Assembly (NCBI GenBank): GCA_038231275.1
Contig: JBBRLQ010000002.1
Span: 32,001 to 96,000, forward strand
DNA length: 64,000 bases
DNA from: Polyangiales bacterium
GTDB lineage: Bacteria > Myxococcota_A > Polyangia > Polyangiales > Polyangiaceae
Direction: 5' to 3'
This document shows, piece after piece, positions 19,634 through 30,085 of the stretch (its first letter is position 1; the number at the start of each line of letters is the position of its first letter). The translations under genes and the position numbers were made by a program. Under the pieces are notes generated by a model. The model did no database searches. It had not been told where the DNA came from and saw only the letters and a program-made list of their open reading frames with translations.

Positions 19634-20800
19634 GTGCCTACGGGAGCCAATCATTCCAGCGATCTACCGCGCAGCAGCGCGGTCGGGGTGCGACGCGCGA
19701 CCCCCAGGGGCTGGATCAAGGGTGCCCTGCAAAGCCCCCTCGCCCTCCTCTTGTTGTCGTCGCTGGCAGGCGCCGCCGCCGGCTGCAGCGCGCCGTCCGA
19801 CGGTCATCCTCTCGAGGTCGGCACGGAGCGAGAGGCGATTTTCTCCGGGACCGTCGACGACGACGACCACGCGAGTGATGGGGTCGTGTCGATCAAGATC
19901 GGCAACGGCACGTCGTTCGAGCTCTGCTCGGGGTCCCTCTTGGCGCCGAACGTGGTCCTTACCGCGCGCCACTGCGTGAGCAAATCGGTGACGAGCACGG
20001 TGTCGTGCAACGAGCTCGGCCAGAGCGGCAACGGCGACCACGTCGGCGAGGACGAGGAGCTCGGCCGTGTGCACGTCTACAGCGGGACGAAGCCCTCGTA
20101 CGCCGGAGCCGCCGCGGCGGGCGTCCGCGCCATCGTCCACCCCCAGGGCGGCATCCTCTGCAACGCCGACATCGCGCTCCTCGTCCTCGACTCCGACGTG
20201 CACGACGTGGCCCCCATGCGCGTTCGCCTCGGCAGCACGCCGCACTCCGACGAAGCCGTGCGCGCGGTGGGCTATGGGCAGAACGATCGCGCCGTCCCCG
20301 TGGGGACGCGCCTCCGCAAGGACGCCGTGAAGGTCCTCGCGGTCGGCCAGCGCGTGTCGGAGAGCCAGACGCCCCTCGGTTCGCACGAGTTCGAGGTCGG
20401 CCTCTCGATCTGCCAGGGCGACTCCGGAGGTCCTGCGATCAGCGAAGCGACCGGCGCGGTCATCGGCGTCGTCTCGCGCGGCGGCGGCTGCGGCGACGAC
20501 TTCGGGCACATCTACACGACGACCAGCGGCTGCACGGACCTGATTTACCAGGCCTTCGCGCTGGCGGGCGGCGCGCCGCTCGATGAAGGCACCGACCCGC
20601 GCGCCGGCGAGACCAAGCCCACGCCCTCCGACGATACGGAGGCGCCGCGCACCGCATCTCCGAGCGCGCACGGCTGCGCGATCGGCGCGCCCGGCAATGG
20701 CGGGAGCGGCGCCCACGACGACGGAGTCTTCGCATGGCTGGCGGCGCTCGCGTTCGCGGCGAGCGTCGTGCAGCGCCGCCGTCAGGGCGTGAAGTCGTAG
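19634..20800 (+). CDS. S1 (trypsin-like) serine protease, lipoprotein signal and MYXO-CTERM-like tail
   Basis: TARHC, DIAL and GDSGGP catalytic triad; AAGC lipobox; GC..TM..RRR tail. Exact start uncertain. Confidence 0.9.
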   Translation: MPTGANHSSDLPRSSAVGVRRATPRGWIKGALQSPLALLLLSSLAGAAAGCSAPSDGHPLEVGTEREAIFSGTVDDDDHASDGVVSIKIGNGTSFELCSGSLLAPNVVLTARHCVSKSVTSTVSCNELGQSGNGDHVGEDEELGRVHVYSGTKPSYAGAAAAGVRAIVHPQGGILCNADIALLVLDSDVHDVAPMRVRLGSTPHSDEAVRAVGYGQNDRAVPVGTRLRKDAVKVLAVGQRVSESQTPLGSHEFEVGLSICQGDSGGPAISEATGAVIGVVSRGGGCGDDFGHIYTTTSGCTDLIYQAFALAGGAPLDEGTDPRAGETKPTPSDDTEAPRTASPSAHGCAIGAPGNGGSGAHDDGVFAWLAALAFAASVVQRRRQGVKS

Positions 20801-22398
20801 AGCCCGCCGACGCACGGATAGCCCGCGTCGCCAGGACCGCTGGGATTCACGCCGCCCACGCAGCCGCTGTTCCCATCGTCGACGTAGACGCCGATCGACT
20901 TGGCGCCCTTGCGCACGACCTCGAGCGTCGCGCCGTTGTCTCCGTTTGCACGCGGCATGAACGCGTCGCCGATCGCGAGGAAGTAGATGCCGTCGTTGTC
21001 GTACGCGTCGAACGTCATCCCCGTGAGCTCGCTGGCCGTGTACGCGCGATCGAGCGGCAGCGCGAGGCGCTTCCAGCCTGGGTTGCCGGTGAAATAGTCC
21101 GCGGTCATCTGCGGCCCGCTCAAGACCTGGCCCCCCTGCGTCTTCACCCGGAGGACGAATCCCCCGCTCACCGCGAGCGCGCAGACCCGATCGCCGGAGC
21201 CGTTCACGTCGGCGGCCTGCACGTCGACGAAGAGGTAACGATCCATCGGCAAGCACTTGGCGCCGTCGACCTTGCCTTCGCGTTTCAGCTCGCCGTCGGT
21301 CACGCGGTAGAGCCACGGCGCGTAGACGTCGAGCAAGGCCTCGCGACGACCGAACGCCTTCGCGTAGCCGATCGCGTCGAGATCGACGGGAAGCGGGCGG
21401 ATCGTCACCACGAAGGGCCCGTCGTTCGCCGCATCGTTGCCGGGGTTCTTGGTGTTCCAGCCGTCGAGATCGCCGTCGGCTTTGGCGTCGCTGCCGGTGC
21501 CGCACGTCTGCCCGTAGCCGCCGCGGCTCTCGAAGAGGCGGTTGTGGCCGTCGCCGTAATAGAGGATGGGATGCGCGGCCTCCATGCGCGGCGCGCCGGC
21601 GGTCACCGGCAACGTTCCGGTGCAGCGCTCCCATTGGGGCGTGCCGGAATACGTGTAGATTCCCTCGATGTCGGCGCCGCGTCCCCAGCGCGCGATCTCG
21701 GCTTGCATGCCCGACGCGCCGCCGCCGCAGAGCGCGACGGTGCCGCCGTTCTCGTTCGTGTAGACGAGCTCGTAGTGCTTTCGTGACTTGGACCAGCCGA
21801 GGACGATCGGGAGATCGTCGAAGCGCTTGGTGACCGGCCACGTCAGGATCGGCGCGTTCGCGACGCCCTCGTCACCCGCCGCGAGCACTGCGCCGCCCAC
21901 GCACGCGCGCTTGGTCGCAGAGGCGGCCGAGAGCGCCGAGACCTTCACGGACACGATGTCCCCCGCCGCGAGCGCGCCGGCGTGCATTCCGTACGTGAAG
22001 TCGATCGCGCCTTGGTGCATCACGACGTGACCGAGCAGCGACGCGCCGCGGTACACCTCGAGGACGAGCGCCTCGTTGCCTTTCTGCTCCCACGACGTCT
22101 TGCTGGTGCTCCTCGCCGTGAAGGTCAACGTCGCCTCGCCTGCTTGCAACGCGGTGGCGATCGGGACCTTGACCTGATCGGTCACGTCGATGCATGTCGC
22201 ACCGTCGACCGCGTTGCCGTCGCCCGCGTCGTCGGTCGCGCTGCCGTCGGCCGTGCCCTCGCCACCGCCGTCGGGCGGCGCGCTGGCGTCCGGTAGGGTT
22301 GCTCCGTCCGCGCCGCCGTCGTCGAGGGACGACACCGCTCCGGTCGTCGCGCATGCGGCGCAGGTCACGACGACGGCGAGGGCGATCCGGGCGCGCAC
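20782..22398 (-). CDS. Hypothetical secreted protein/lipoprotein
   Basis: Signal with CAAC, D/G/A linker, globular domain with NENGGT and ARWGRGADIE; coding-like GC3 bias. Confidence 0.75.
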   Translation of the reverse strand: MRARIALAVVVTCAACATTGAVSSLDDGGADGATLPDASAPPDGGGEGTADGSATDDAGDGNAVDGATCIDVTDQVKVPIATALQAGEATLTFTARSTSKTSWEQKGNEALVLEVYRGASLLGHVVMHQGAIDFTYGMHAGALAAGDIVSVKVSALSAASATKRACVGGAVLAAGDEGVANAPILTWPVTKRFDDLPIVLGWSKSRKHYELVYTNENGGTVALCGGGASGMQAEIARWGRGADIEGIYTYSGTPQWERCTGTLPVTAGAPRMEAAHPILYYGDGHNRLFESRGGYGQTCGTGSDAKADGDLDGWNTKNPGNDAANDGPFVVTIRPLPVDLDAIGYAKAFGRREALLDVYAPWLYRVTDGELKREGKVDGAKCLPMDRYLFVDVQAADVNGSGDRVCALAVSGGFVLRVKTQGGQVLSGPQMTADYFTGNPGWKRLALPLDRAYTASELTGMTFDAYDNDGIYFLAIGDAFMPRANGDNGATLEVVRKGAKSIGVYVDDGNSGCVGGVNPSGPGDAGYPCVGGLYDFTP

Positions 22399-22431
22399 CC
22401 GTTCACGATAGCAGGGCGTCGCCGCAGTGCC

Positions 22432-25128
22432 TCAGTGCGCGTCCGCCCAGCTAGGGCCTTCGCCGACCTCGACGACGAGCGGCACCGAGAGCTTCATCGC
22501 CGACTCCATCTGCTCCTTGATGCGCCCCATCGCCGATTTGACGTGCGCCTCGGGGACCTCGAACACGAGCTCGTCGTGCACCGTCAGGATCATGCGCGCG
22601 CCGGGCACGACGTCGCCGGCGCCGAGCGTGACCATCGCGACCTTGAGGATGTCGGCGGCGGTCCCCTGGATCGGGGTGTTCTTGGCGATGCGCTCCGCCT
22701 CGAAGCGAAGCCCGCGGTTCGGCGAGTGCAGGTTGGGCAAGAAGCGACGGCGCCCGAGGAGCGTGCGCACCGCCTCGCCGCGCTTCGCCTGCTCGACCGT
22801 CTTCTCGAGGAAGCGCGCGACGCCGCGGTAGCGATCGAAATACGCCTCGATGAATTTCGCCGCCTCGTCGCGTGAGGTGCCGATCTGCTTGGCGAGCGCG
22901 GAGTCCCCCATCCCGTAGATGACGCCGAAGTTGATCGCCTTCACCTTCCCGCGCATCTCGCGCGTCACTGCGGTCTTGGGGACGTTGAAGACGAGCGACG
23001 CGGTGTGCGTGTGCACGTCGTCGCCGGTGGTGAACGCCTCGATGAGCTGCGCGTCGCCCGCCAGATGCGCGAGGATCCTCAGCTCGATCTGCGAATAATC
23101 GGCGCTCACGATGCGGTGCCCCGGCGGCGCGACGAACGCCGCGCGGATCTCGCGGCCGACCTCGGTGCGAATGGGGATGTTCTGGAGGTTGGGGTCGCTC
23201 GACGACAGGCGCCCGGTCGCCGCGACCGCCTGATCGTAGCGCGTGTGGATCCGGCCGGTCCTCGGGTTCACGCAGCGCGGGAGCGCGTCGAGGTACGTGC
23301 CCTTCAGCTTGTCGAGCTCGCGGTACTGGACGATGACCTTCGGAAGCGGGTGCTCGTCGGCCAGCACCTCGAGGACCTCGGCGTCGGTGGAGCGACCTCC
23401 CTTGGGTGTGCGCTTCACGACGCGCAGCTTGAGCTCGTCGAACAGGAGTTGCTCCAGCTGATCGCGCGAGCGGATCGCGAAGTCACGCCCCGCGTGCTTC
23501 TTCGCCTCGGCCTCCAGATCGCGCAGCTCGATCTCGAGGCGCTTGCTCACGGTCTCGAGGACCTTCACGTCCACGAGCACGCCCGCTTCTTCCATCTTGG
23601 CGAGCACGCGCAAGAGCGGCAGCTCCACGTCGCGGAAAAGCAGCCCGAGCCCGTCGTTGTCGATGCGCGGCCCGAAGCGCCCCGCCAACGTGACCGCGAT
23701 CTCGGCGTCGGCGGAGGCGAGCTGCGTGGCGCGCTCGACGTCGAGCTCCTCGAACGGCCCCTGCGCCGCGCGCACCTTCGCGGTTCCGTCGTCGAAGCGA
23801 TCGATGGTCAGGTTCAGCTCGCGCCGCGCCAGCTCCTTCAGCGCGATCGGCGAGTCGGGGTCGAGGAGGTAGTTCGCGAGCGTCGTGTCGAAGATCGGCC
23901 CCGCGATCGGCGCGCCGTGCAAATCGAGGACGATCTCCGAATATTTGAGGCCATGGCCGACCTTGGTGACCTTGGCGTCGGCGAGCACCGGCGCGAGCGC
24001 ATCCTTTACCGTGGCCCAATCGAGCTGCTTCGGCGCGCCGAGGTAACGGTGCGAGAGCGGAACATAGAGCCCCTCGCCGGACACGGTCGACAGCGCGACG
24101 CCGAGGATCTCCGCGCGCGACGCCTCGGTGCTCGTGCCCATCACGGCGACGCCGAGGGTCCCTGTGGTGCGCGCCCGGTCCATCGCCGCGTCGAGCGCCG
24201 CCGCGTCGAGGATCGTGGTGGTCGTGCGCGTGACCTTCACCTCGGGCTTCACCGTGTCGAGCAGGCGCGTGAACTCGAGCTCGGTGAAGAGGCGCCGCAG
24301 CTCGTCGACGTTCGCGCCGCCGTATTTCAGGTGCGACAGATCGAACGCGACGTCGAGATCGCGCCGCAGCGTGACGAGCCTCTGCGAGACGCGCGCGTCC
24401 GCCTCGTGGGCCGCCAGCGTCTCGCGGAGCTTGGGGCGCTTCACCTTGGCGATGTTCGCGAGGATCTCCTCGAGCGTCCCGAACTCGTTCAGCAGATCCG
24501 CGGCGGTCTTAGGCCCCACGCTTGGCACGCCGGGCACGTTGTCGGACGTGTCGCCGGTGAGCGCGAGTAGATCGCGCAACTTGCTCGGCGCCACTCCGAA
24601 CTTCGCGCGCACTTCTTCGGGCCCGTAGACTTTGTCGCGCATGGAGTCCCAAAGGACGACGTCGTCGTCGTCGTCGTGGACCAGCTGCATCAAGTCCTTG
24701 TCGGCGCTGACGATGACGACCTTGAGCGCGTTCTTCTCTGCGAGCGCGACGGCGCACGCGATGAGATCGTCCGCCTCCACGGCGTCCATCTTGTGGATAG
24801 GGATGTTGTAGGCGCGCACGATCTCCTCCGCGCGCGCCATCTGCGGGCTCAGATCCGGCGGCGGCGCAGGGCGGGTCGCCTTGTACCGCGCGTCGATCTC
24901 TTTCCGGAAGCTCTGCCCGCGCGAGTCCATCGCCACCGCGAGCATGTGCGGCTTCCGCTCGTTCACCACCTTCTGGAGCATGTTCACGGTGCCCAGGACG
25001 GCGTGCGTCGGCTCACCTTTGGATGAGGAGAGCGGCGCGATGGCGTGGTACGCGCGGAACACGTAACCCGACAGATCGATCAGGTAGAGGACGTTCTCGG
25101 CGCCTGCGGGGGGGAGGGACGCTGCCAT
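22432..25128 (-). CDS. polA: DNA polymerase I
   Basis: 5'-3' exonuclease (EADD, GDTSDNVPGV), motif A DYSQIELR, motif B KAINFGVIYG, motif C VHDE. Confidence 0.98.
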   Translation of the reverse strand: MAASLPPAGAENVLYLIDLSGYVFRAYHAIAPLSSSKGEPTHAVLGTVNMLQKVVNERKPHMLAVAMDSRGQSFRKEIDARYKATRPAPPPDLSPQMARAEEIVRAYNIPIHKMDAVEADDLIACAVALAEKNALKVVIVSADKDLMQLVHDDDDDVVLWDSMRDKVYGPEEVRAKFGVAPSKLRDLLALTGDTSDNVPGVPSVGPKTAADLLNEFGTLEEILANIAKVKRPKLRETLAAHEADARVSQRLVTLRRDLDVAFDLSHLKYGGANVDELRRLFTELEFTRLLDTVKPEVKVTRTTTTILDAAALDAAMDRARTTGTLGVAVMGTSTEASRAEILGVALSTVSGEGLYVPLSHRYLGAPKQLDWATVKDALAPVLADAKVTKVGHGLKYSEIVLDLHGAPIAGPIFDTTLANYLLDPDSPIALKELARRELNLTIDRFDDGTAKVRAAQGPFEELDVERATQLASADAEIAVTLAGRFGPRIDNDGLGLLFRDVELPLLRVLAKMEEAGVLVDVKVLETVSKRLEIELRDLEAEAKKHAGRDFAIRSRDQLEQLLFDELKLRVVKRTPKGGRSTDAEVLEVLADEHPLPKVIVQYRELDKLKGTYLDALPRCVNPRTGRIHTRYDQAVAATGRLSSSDPNLQNIPIRTEVGREIRAAFVAPPGHRIVSADYSQIELRILAHLAGDAQLIEAFTTGDDVHTHTASLVFNVPKTAVTREMRGKVKAINFGVIYGMGDSALAKQIGTSRDEAAKFIEAYFDRYRGVARFLEKTVEQAKRGEAVRTLLGRRRFLPNLHSPNRGLRFEAERIAKNTPIQGTAADILKVAMVTLGAGDVVPGARMILTVHDELVFEVPEAHVKSAMGRIKEQMESAMKLSVPLVVEVGEGPSWADAH

Positions 25129-25332
25129 CGGAGACGGTCCTAGTCCGATCGCTCGGGCCTGTCGACGCCGCGCGTGACCCCGCGAAGCCGTTCCGGTTTT
25201 CCGCCTTTTACCGCAGCTTGCCGGGGGCCCTCCCCCACGATACGCTCGTGAGGATAGTTTCTTGGAATGCGCGGGGCTCTCCCTGCGTCGAACGGTCCGA
25301 CGAAGGCCTAGGGTCTTCGGGGGTAATTTCTA

Positions 25333-26922
25333 GTGATGCAGAACGAGCCGCCGCCGAGCCTGGGCCTGATCGCTGGCAAGTACCAGCTGGTCGGGATGAT
25401 CGGCCGCGGCGGCATGGGCAGCGTGTGGGAAGGCCGCCACGCGAGCCTCGGCACGCGCGTCGCGATCAAATTCATCGAGAGCGACTACGCGAACAGCCAA
25501 GAGGCGCGCCAGCGCTTCGACAACGAGGCGCACGCGGCCGCGCGCATCCAGAGCAAGCACGCGATCCAGATCTTCGATCACGGCGTCACCGACGACGGCA
25601 AGCCGTACATCGTCATGGAGTTTCTCTCGGGCGAGCCGCTCGACAAGCGCGTCGATCGCCTCGGCCGTCTCTCGCTGCAGGAGACGGCGCGCATCCTCCA
25701 GCAAGTGTGCCGCGGCCTCGCGCGCGCGCACGAGCAGGGCGTCATCCACCGCGACTTGAAGCCCGAGAACATCTTCCTCGTCCGCTCGATGGACGACGAC
25801 GAGGAGATCGCGAAGGTCCTCGACTTCGGCATCGCGAAGATGAAGGGGCCGCCGGGATCGACGCCAGGCGGGAGCGGCGGCGTCTCGTCGAGCACGAAGA
25901 CCGGCTCGGTCCTCGGCACCCCGTTCTACATGTCGCCCGAGCAAGCGCGCGGCCTCAAGATCGTCGATCACCGCACGGACGTCTGGTCGCTCGGGATCAT
26001 CGCCTACAAATGCGTGACCGGCGTCCTCCCGTTCGAAGGGGAGAGCGTCGGCGATCTGCTCGTGAAGATCTGCACGTCGCCGCTGCCGGTGCCGTCGCAG
26101 TTCCTTCCGGGGCTCCCGCAGGCCTTCGATCAATGGTTCTCGCGCGCGCTCGATCGTGATCCGGAGCGTCGGTTCGCGTCCGTGCAAGAGCTGTCGGACG
26201 CGCTCGCCTACGCCGCCGGGATCACCGTGCGCCGCGGCGCCGGCGCGGCAGAAGCTCCGGCCGCACCGACCGCGTACGCCGCGACCGCGGCGGGGGCGGC
26301 GCCGGATTTCCTCGGTCGTCCTGGCTACACGCCGGGCGGCAACGGCACGCCTCGCCCGCGCTCCCAGCCACCGGGCGCGATGAACGCCGGCAGCGGGAGC
26401 GGAAACGGCGCGCTGGCGCAAGCGAGCTCGGGCCCCTACGCGCAGCAACCGGGCTCCGCAACGAGCGCGCCGTTCACGGCGTCCGCGCACGCGCCCGCGT
26501 CGTCGGGCCGTGGCGCGACGATCATGTGGTCCATCCTCGCCGCGGTCGTCGCGCTCGGCGTGAGCGGCGTCATCGTGCTCAAGGTGATGCCCGCGCGCGG
26601 CGGCGCGAGCAGCGGTGGTGCGACGCCTCCAGTGAGCGCGATCGCGACTTCGGGCGTGCAGCAGATTCCGCCGGTGCCGACGACGCCGGCCGTTCCGGTA
26701 GTACCAACCTCCGCCGCGGTCGCCGACGCCGATGGCGGATCGCTCGCCGCGATCGTGTCGCCTCCCCCTCCGATCCCGAAGCCCGGCGGTCACGGCCGCG
26801 GCAAGCCGCCCCCGCCGATTCCGCCGAAGCCCGGCGGCGGGTCGGTCGCGCCTCCTCCCCTTCCTCCGCCGCCCGCGCCGGGCACCGCGAAGCCCCCGAC
26901 GGATCCGGGACCTGGCTACTGA
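25333..26922 (+). CDS. Hanks-type Ser/Thr protein kinase with TM and Pro-rich extracytoplasmic tail
   Basis: GRGGMG, VAIK, HRDLKPEN, DFG, GTPFYMSPEQ; TM IMWSILAAVVALGVSGVIV. Confidence 0.96.
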   Translation: MMQNEPPPSLGLIAGKYQLVGMIGRGGMGSVWEGRHASLGTRVAIKFIESDYANSQEARQRFDNEAHAAARIQSKHAIQIFDHGVTDDGKPYIVMEFLSGEPLDKRVDRLGRLSLQETARILQQVCRGLARAHEQGVIHRDLKPENIFLVRSMDDDEEIAKVLDFGIAKMKGPPGSTPGGSGGVSSSTKTGSVLGTPFYMSPEQARGLKIVDHRTDVWSLGIIAYKCVTGVLPFEGESVGDLLVKICTSPLPVPSQFLPGLPQAFDQWFSRALDRDPERRFASVQELSDALAYAAGITVRRGAGAAEAPAAPTAYAATAAGAAPDFLGRPGYTPGGNGTPRPRSQPPGAMNAGSGSGNGALAQASSGPYAQQPGSATSAPFTASAHAPASSGRGATIMWSILAAVVALGVSGVIVLKVMPARGGASSGGATPPVSAIATSGVQQIPPVPTTPAVPVVPTSAAVADADGGSLAAIVSPPPPIPKPGGHGRGKPPPPIPPKPGGGSVAPPPLPPPPAPGTAKPPTDPGPGY

Positions 26923-27011
26923 CCCGGCGGATGTCGGCCTTCCGCGGCCGACGACTTCCGCGCGAAGAATGATGTAGGCTCGGGCCTCGTCCATTGGATC
27001 GAGGGCTGGAT

Positions 27012-28412
27012 ATGCGGAACCTTCTCTTCTCGTATGGCGTCGGGCTTCTTCTCCTCACGGCCTCTCCTTTCGTCACGGAGGTCGCGCACGCGCAGGTCTC
27101 GGACGGCGATCGCGCCGCGGCGCGCGAGCTGTTCTTCGACGGCGTGAAGCTGCAGCAGGACGGGAAATTCCCGGACGCGCTCGATCGCTTCACGCGCGCC
27201 CAGCGTGTCTTCAGCGCGCCAACGCACCTCCTCCACATCGCCGAATGCCAAGTCGCCACCGGCCAGCTCGTCGAAGGCGCGGAGACGTACCGTACGCTCG
27301 TGCGAACCGCGCTCCCCCAGGGCTCGCCGGCCGCGTTCACACAGGCGCGCGATCAGGGCGCGGCCGAGCTCGCGCAGGTCGAGCCGCGCATCCCGTCGGT
27401 GAAGATCGACGTCACGCCGCAGAACGTCGCCAACCTCCAGGTCCAGATCGACGGCGCCGCCATGAACACCGCGCTCGTCGGCGTGTCGCGCCCGATCAAC
27501 CCGGGCACGCACAAGATCGCCGTCTTCGCCCCCGGCTACGCGAAGCAGGAAGCGACCGTCGCGGTGAAGGAGCGCGAGGCGAAGTCCGTCCCGATCTCGC
27601 TCCAAGCGCAGGGAGGCGTCGTGTATGCGCCCGCGCCGGTGCCTCCGCCGGTGACGACCGGCGAGCCGCCGCCCGCCAACCCGCCGCCGCCGACGCCGCC
27701 CGGCCAAGACGCCACGTGGCAGACCGAGCAGAAGCCGTCGCAGATGGGCCTCATGCTCGGCGTGCGCCTCGGCGTGATGTTCCCCACCGGGACGCTCCTC
27801 AAGCAAAACACCGTGAGCTCGACCTCGGTCGGCACGAGCGACGTCGCCATGAGCGACGTCGCCACCACGGGAGGCGCCGGCGCGATCGAAGGCGGCCTCC
27901 GCTTCGCGCGAAGGTTCTACATCGGCATCGGCTTCGAGCACGGCTTCTACGGCAAGGGCGACAAGGTCGGCGACTTCAACGGGACCGCGGGCGCGGCCGG
28001 CACGTCGTCGACGACGGTGGCGAGCAACCTCGTCGATCTCCGCGTCGCCCTCATCACCAACCCCGAAGGCGTCGGCTTCTACGGAGAGCTCGGCCTCGGA
28101 TACCGGTGGCTCAGCCTCAGCAACGACTTCACCAGCGGCGCGCTCAGCGCGTCGACGACGCAGGTCGCCAGCGGAGGAGAGTTCGAGGCCGGCGCCGGCA
28201 TCCACATCCGCGCCGGAAAATCGCTCCGCATCATCCCGAAGGTGAGCTTCGGCCTCGGCGCCTTCAACAAGCTCTCGCAGACCTGCACCGCGAGCGGCGG
28301 CGCCGTGTGCAATGGCGGCGACACGACGACCGACATCCAGAACACCGGCTTTCACACGTTCGTGTTCCTCGGCCTCGGCGGCTACTTCAACATCGACTTC
28401 GATAAGAAATGA
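27012..28412 (+). CDS. TPR-like + PEGA domain protein with C-terminal beta-barrel-like region
   Basis: Signal peptide (AHA), helical AARELF..G region, VQIDG..INPGTHKI..APGY, alternating beta strands near the C-terminus. Confidence 0.8.
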   Translation: MRNLLFSYGVGLLLLTASPFVTEVAHAQVSDGDRAAARELFFDGVKLQQDGKFPDALDRFTRAQRVFSAPTHLLHIAECQVATGQLVEGAETYRTLVRTALPQGSPAAFTQARDQGAAELAQVEPRIPSVKIDVTPQNVANLQVQIDGAAMNTALVGVSRPINPGTHKIAVFAPGYAKQEATVAVKEREAKSVPISLQAQGGVVYAPAPVPPPVTTGEPPPANPPPPTPPGQDATWQTEQKPSQMGLMLGVRLGVMFPTGTLLKQNTVSSTSVGTSDVAMSDVATTGGAGAIEGGLRFARRFYIGIGFEHGFYGKGDKVGDFNGTAGAAGTSSTTVASNLVDLRVALITNPEGVGFYGELGLGYRWLSLSNDFTSGALSASTTQVASGGEFEAGAGIHIRAGKSLRIIPKVSFGLGAFNKLSQTCTASGGAVCNGGDTTTDIQNTGFHTFVFLGLGGYFNIDFDKK

Positions 28413-28498
28413 CGCCCTACGAGCGCGGCCCTATCCGCGACCTTCGGAACAAGTTGGTGCAACGAATTACAAGTAGGTGACAATGGTGGGAGAGGTGG

Positions 28499-30085
28499 GT
28501 GCCAACCTCTCTCGTCATGCACGTCGCCCTTTGCGTGGCCTACTTCGCAGTCCTCCTCTTGCTCGCGATGTACGGCCTGCACCGGTCGCACCTCGTCTTC
28601 ACGTGCTGGCGCCTCTCGCGCCGCCTGAAGGCAATGCAAGACAGCGCGCCACCACTCGCCGAAGGGGAGATGCGTGAGGATCTGCCGATCGTCACGATCC
28701 AGCTCCCCCTCTACAACGAGGCGACGGTCGCGACCCGCCTCATCGACTACGTCGCTCGCATCGAGTACCCGCGCACGCGCCTCGAGATTCAGGTGCTCGA
28801 CGACTCGACCGACGAGACCGGCTCGATCGTCCGCGCGCACCTCGCCAAGATCCACGAGACGATGCCCGAGGTCGACATCGTCTACATCCACCGCACCGAT
28901 CGCACGGGCTACAAGGCCGGCGCGCTCGACGCGGGCCTGAAGGTCGCCAAGGGTGAGCTCCTCGCCGTCTTCGACGCGGACTTCCTCCCGCAGCCGGATT
29001 TCCTCCGCAAGCTCGTCCCGCACTTCGTCGGCGACTCGAGCATCGGCATGGTGCAAGCGCGCTGGGGCCACCTGAACCGCGAGCACTCGCTGCTCACGCG
29101 CACGCAGGCCCTCATGCTCGATGGTCACCACCTCGTCGAGAACCGCGCGCGCGCGGCGGCCGGCTGGCTCTTCAACTTCTCGGGCACCGGCGGCATGTGG
29201 CGCAAGAAGGCGATCGAGACGAGCGGCGGCTGGCAGCACGACACGCTCACGGAAGATCTGGATCTCTCCTACCGCGCGCAAATGGCCGGCTGGAAGTTCA
29301 TCTACCGCGAGGACGTCGTCACCCCGGCCGAGCTGCCGGAGGACGTGAGCGCCTTCCGCGCGCAGCAGTACCGCTGGGCGAAGGGCACCGTGCAGACGTC
29401 GCGCAAGCTGATGAAGCGCGTGATGCTGTCGCCGCTCTCGCTGTCGCAGCGCCTCGAGGCGTTCTTCCACCTGACGCCGCACTTCGCGTACCCGCTCATG
29501 GTCATCCTGAGCGTGCTGCTCTTGCCGGCGCTCATCCTCATGCCGGCGACGAATCCGCAGACGATGCTGCTCATCGATCTCCCGCTCTGCATCGGCACGA
29601 CCGGCTCGCTCGCCGCGTTCTACGCGATGGCCGAGGCCGCGCAGGGCCGCAGCCGCATGGGCGCGATTCGCCAGCTCCCCGCGCTCCTCGCGCTCGGCGC
29701 CGGGCTCGCGCCGCACCTGACCCGCGCGGTGTTCGACGGCCTCGGCTCGATGGCGGGCGAGTTCGTGCGCACCCCGAAGGCGGGTGTCCTCTCCTCGGCC
29801 GGCGGCGGCATCCAGCGGTACCGCGCGCGCGCCGACCTGCCGATGACTGAGATCGCACTCTGCCTCGTGTCGTTTGCGAGCACCGTCGCGTCGCTCGAGA
29901 CGGGCCATTGGTTCGCCACGCCGTTCGCGATGCTCTTCACGTTCGGCTACGGGTACGTCGCCTCGCTCGTCGCGAGCGAGCAGTTCGCGCGCCGCCGCGC
30001 TGCAGAGGCCGCGCTGGCCCCCGCCGCAGACAGCGTTCCCCCGCCCGCGCCGAGCGCCGAGGACGTCGAGAACCTGGCCGCCTGA
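28499..30085 (+). CDS. GT2 processive glycosyltransferase (cellulose-synthase/CSLA-like)
   Basis: QLPLYNE, DDSTD, KAG, FDAD, TED, QQYRW, RTPK. Confidence 0.92.
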   Translation: MPTSLVMHVALCVAYFAVLLLLAMYGLHRSHLVFTCWRLSRRLKAMQDSAPPLAEGEMREDLPIVTIQLPLYNEATVATRLIDYVARIEYPRTRLEIQVLDDSTDETGSIVRAHLAKIHETMPEVDIVYIHRTDRTGYKAGALDAGLKVAKGELLAVFDADFLPQPDFLRKLVPHFVGDSSIGMVQARWGHLNREHSLLTRTQALMLDGHHLVENRARAAAGWLFNFSGTGGMWRKKAIETSGGWQHDTLTEDLDLSYRAQMAGWKFIYREDVVTPAELPEDVSAFRAQQYRWAKGTVQTSRKLMKRVMLSPLSLSQRLEAFFHLTPHFAYPLMVILSVLLLPALILMPATNPQTMLLIDLPLCIGTTGSLAAFYAMAEAAQGRSRMGAIRQLPALLALGAGLAPHLTRAVFDGLGSMAGEFVRTPKAGVLSSAGGGIQRYRARADLPMTEIALCLVSFASTVASLETGHWFATPFAMLFTFGYGYVASLVASEQFARRRAAEAALAPAADSVPPPAPSAEDVENLAA

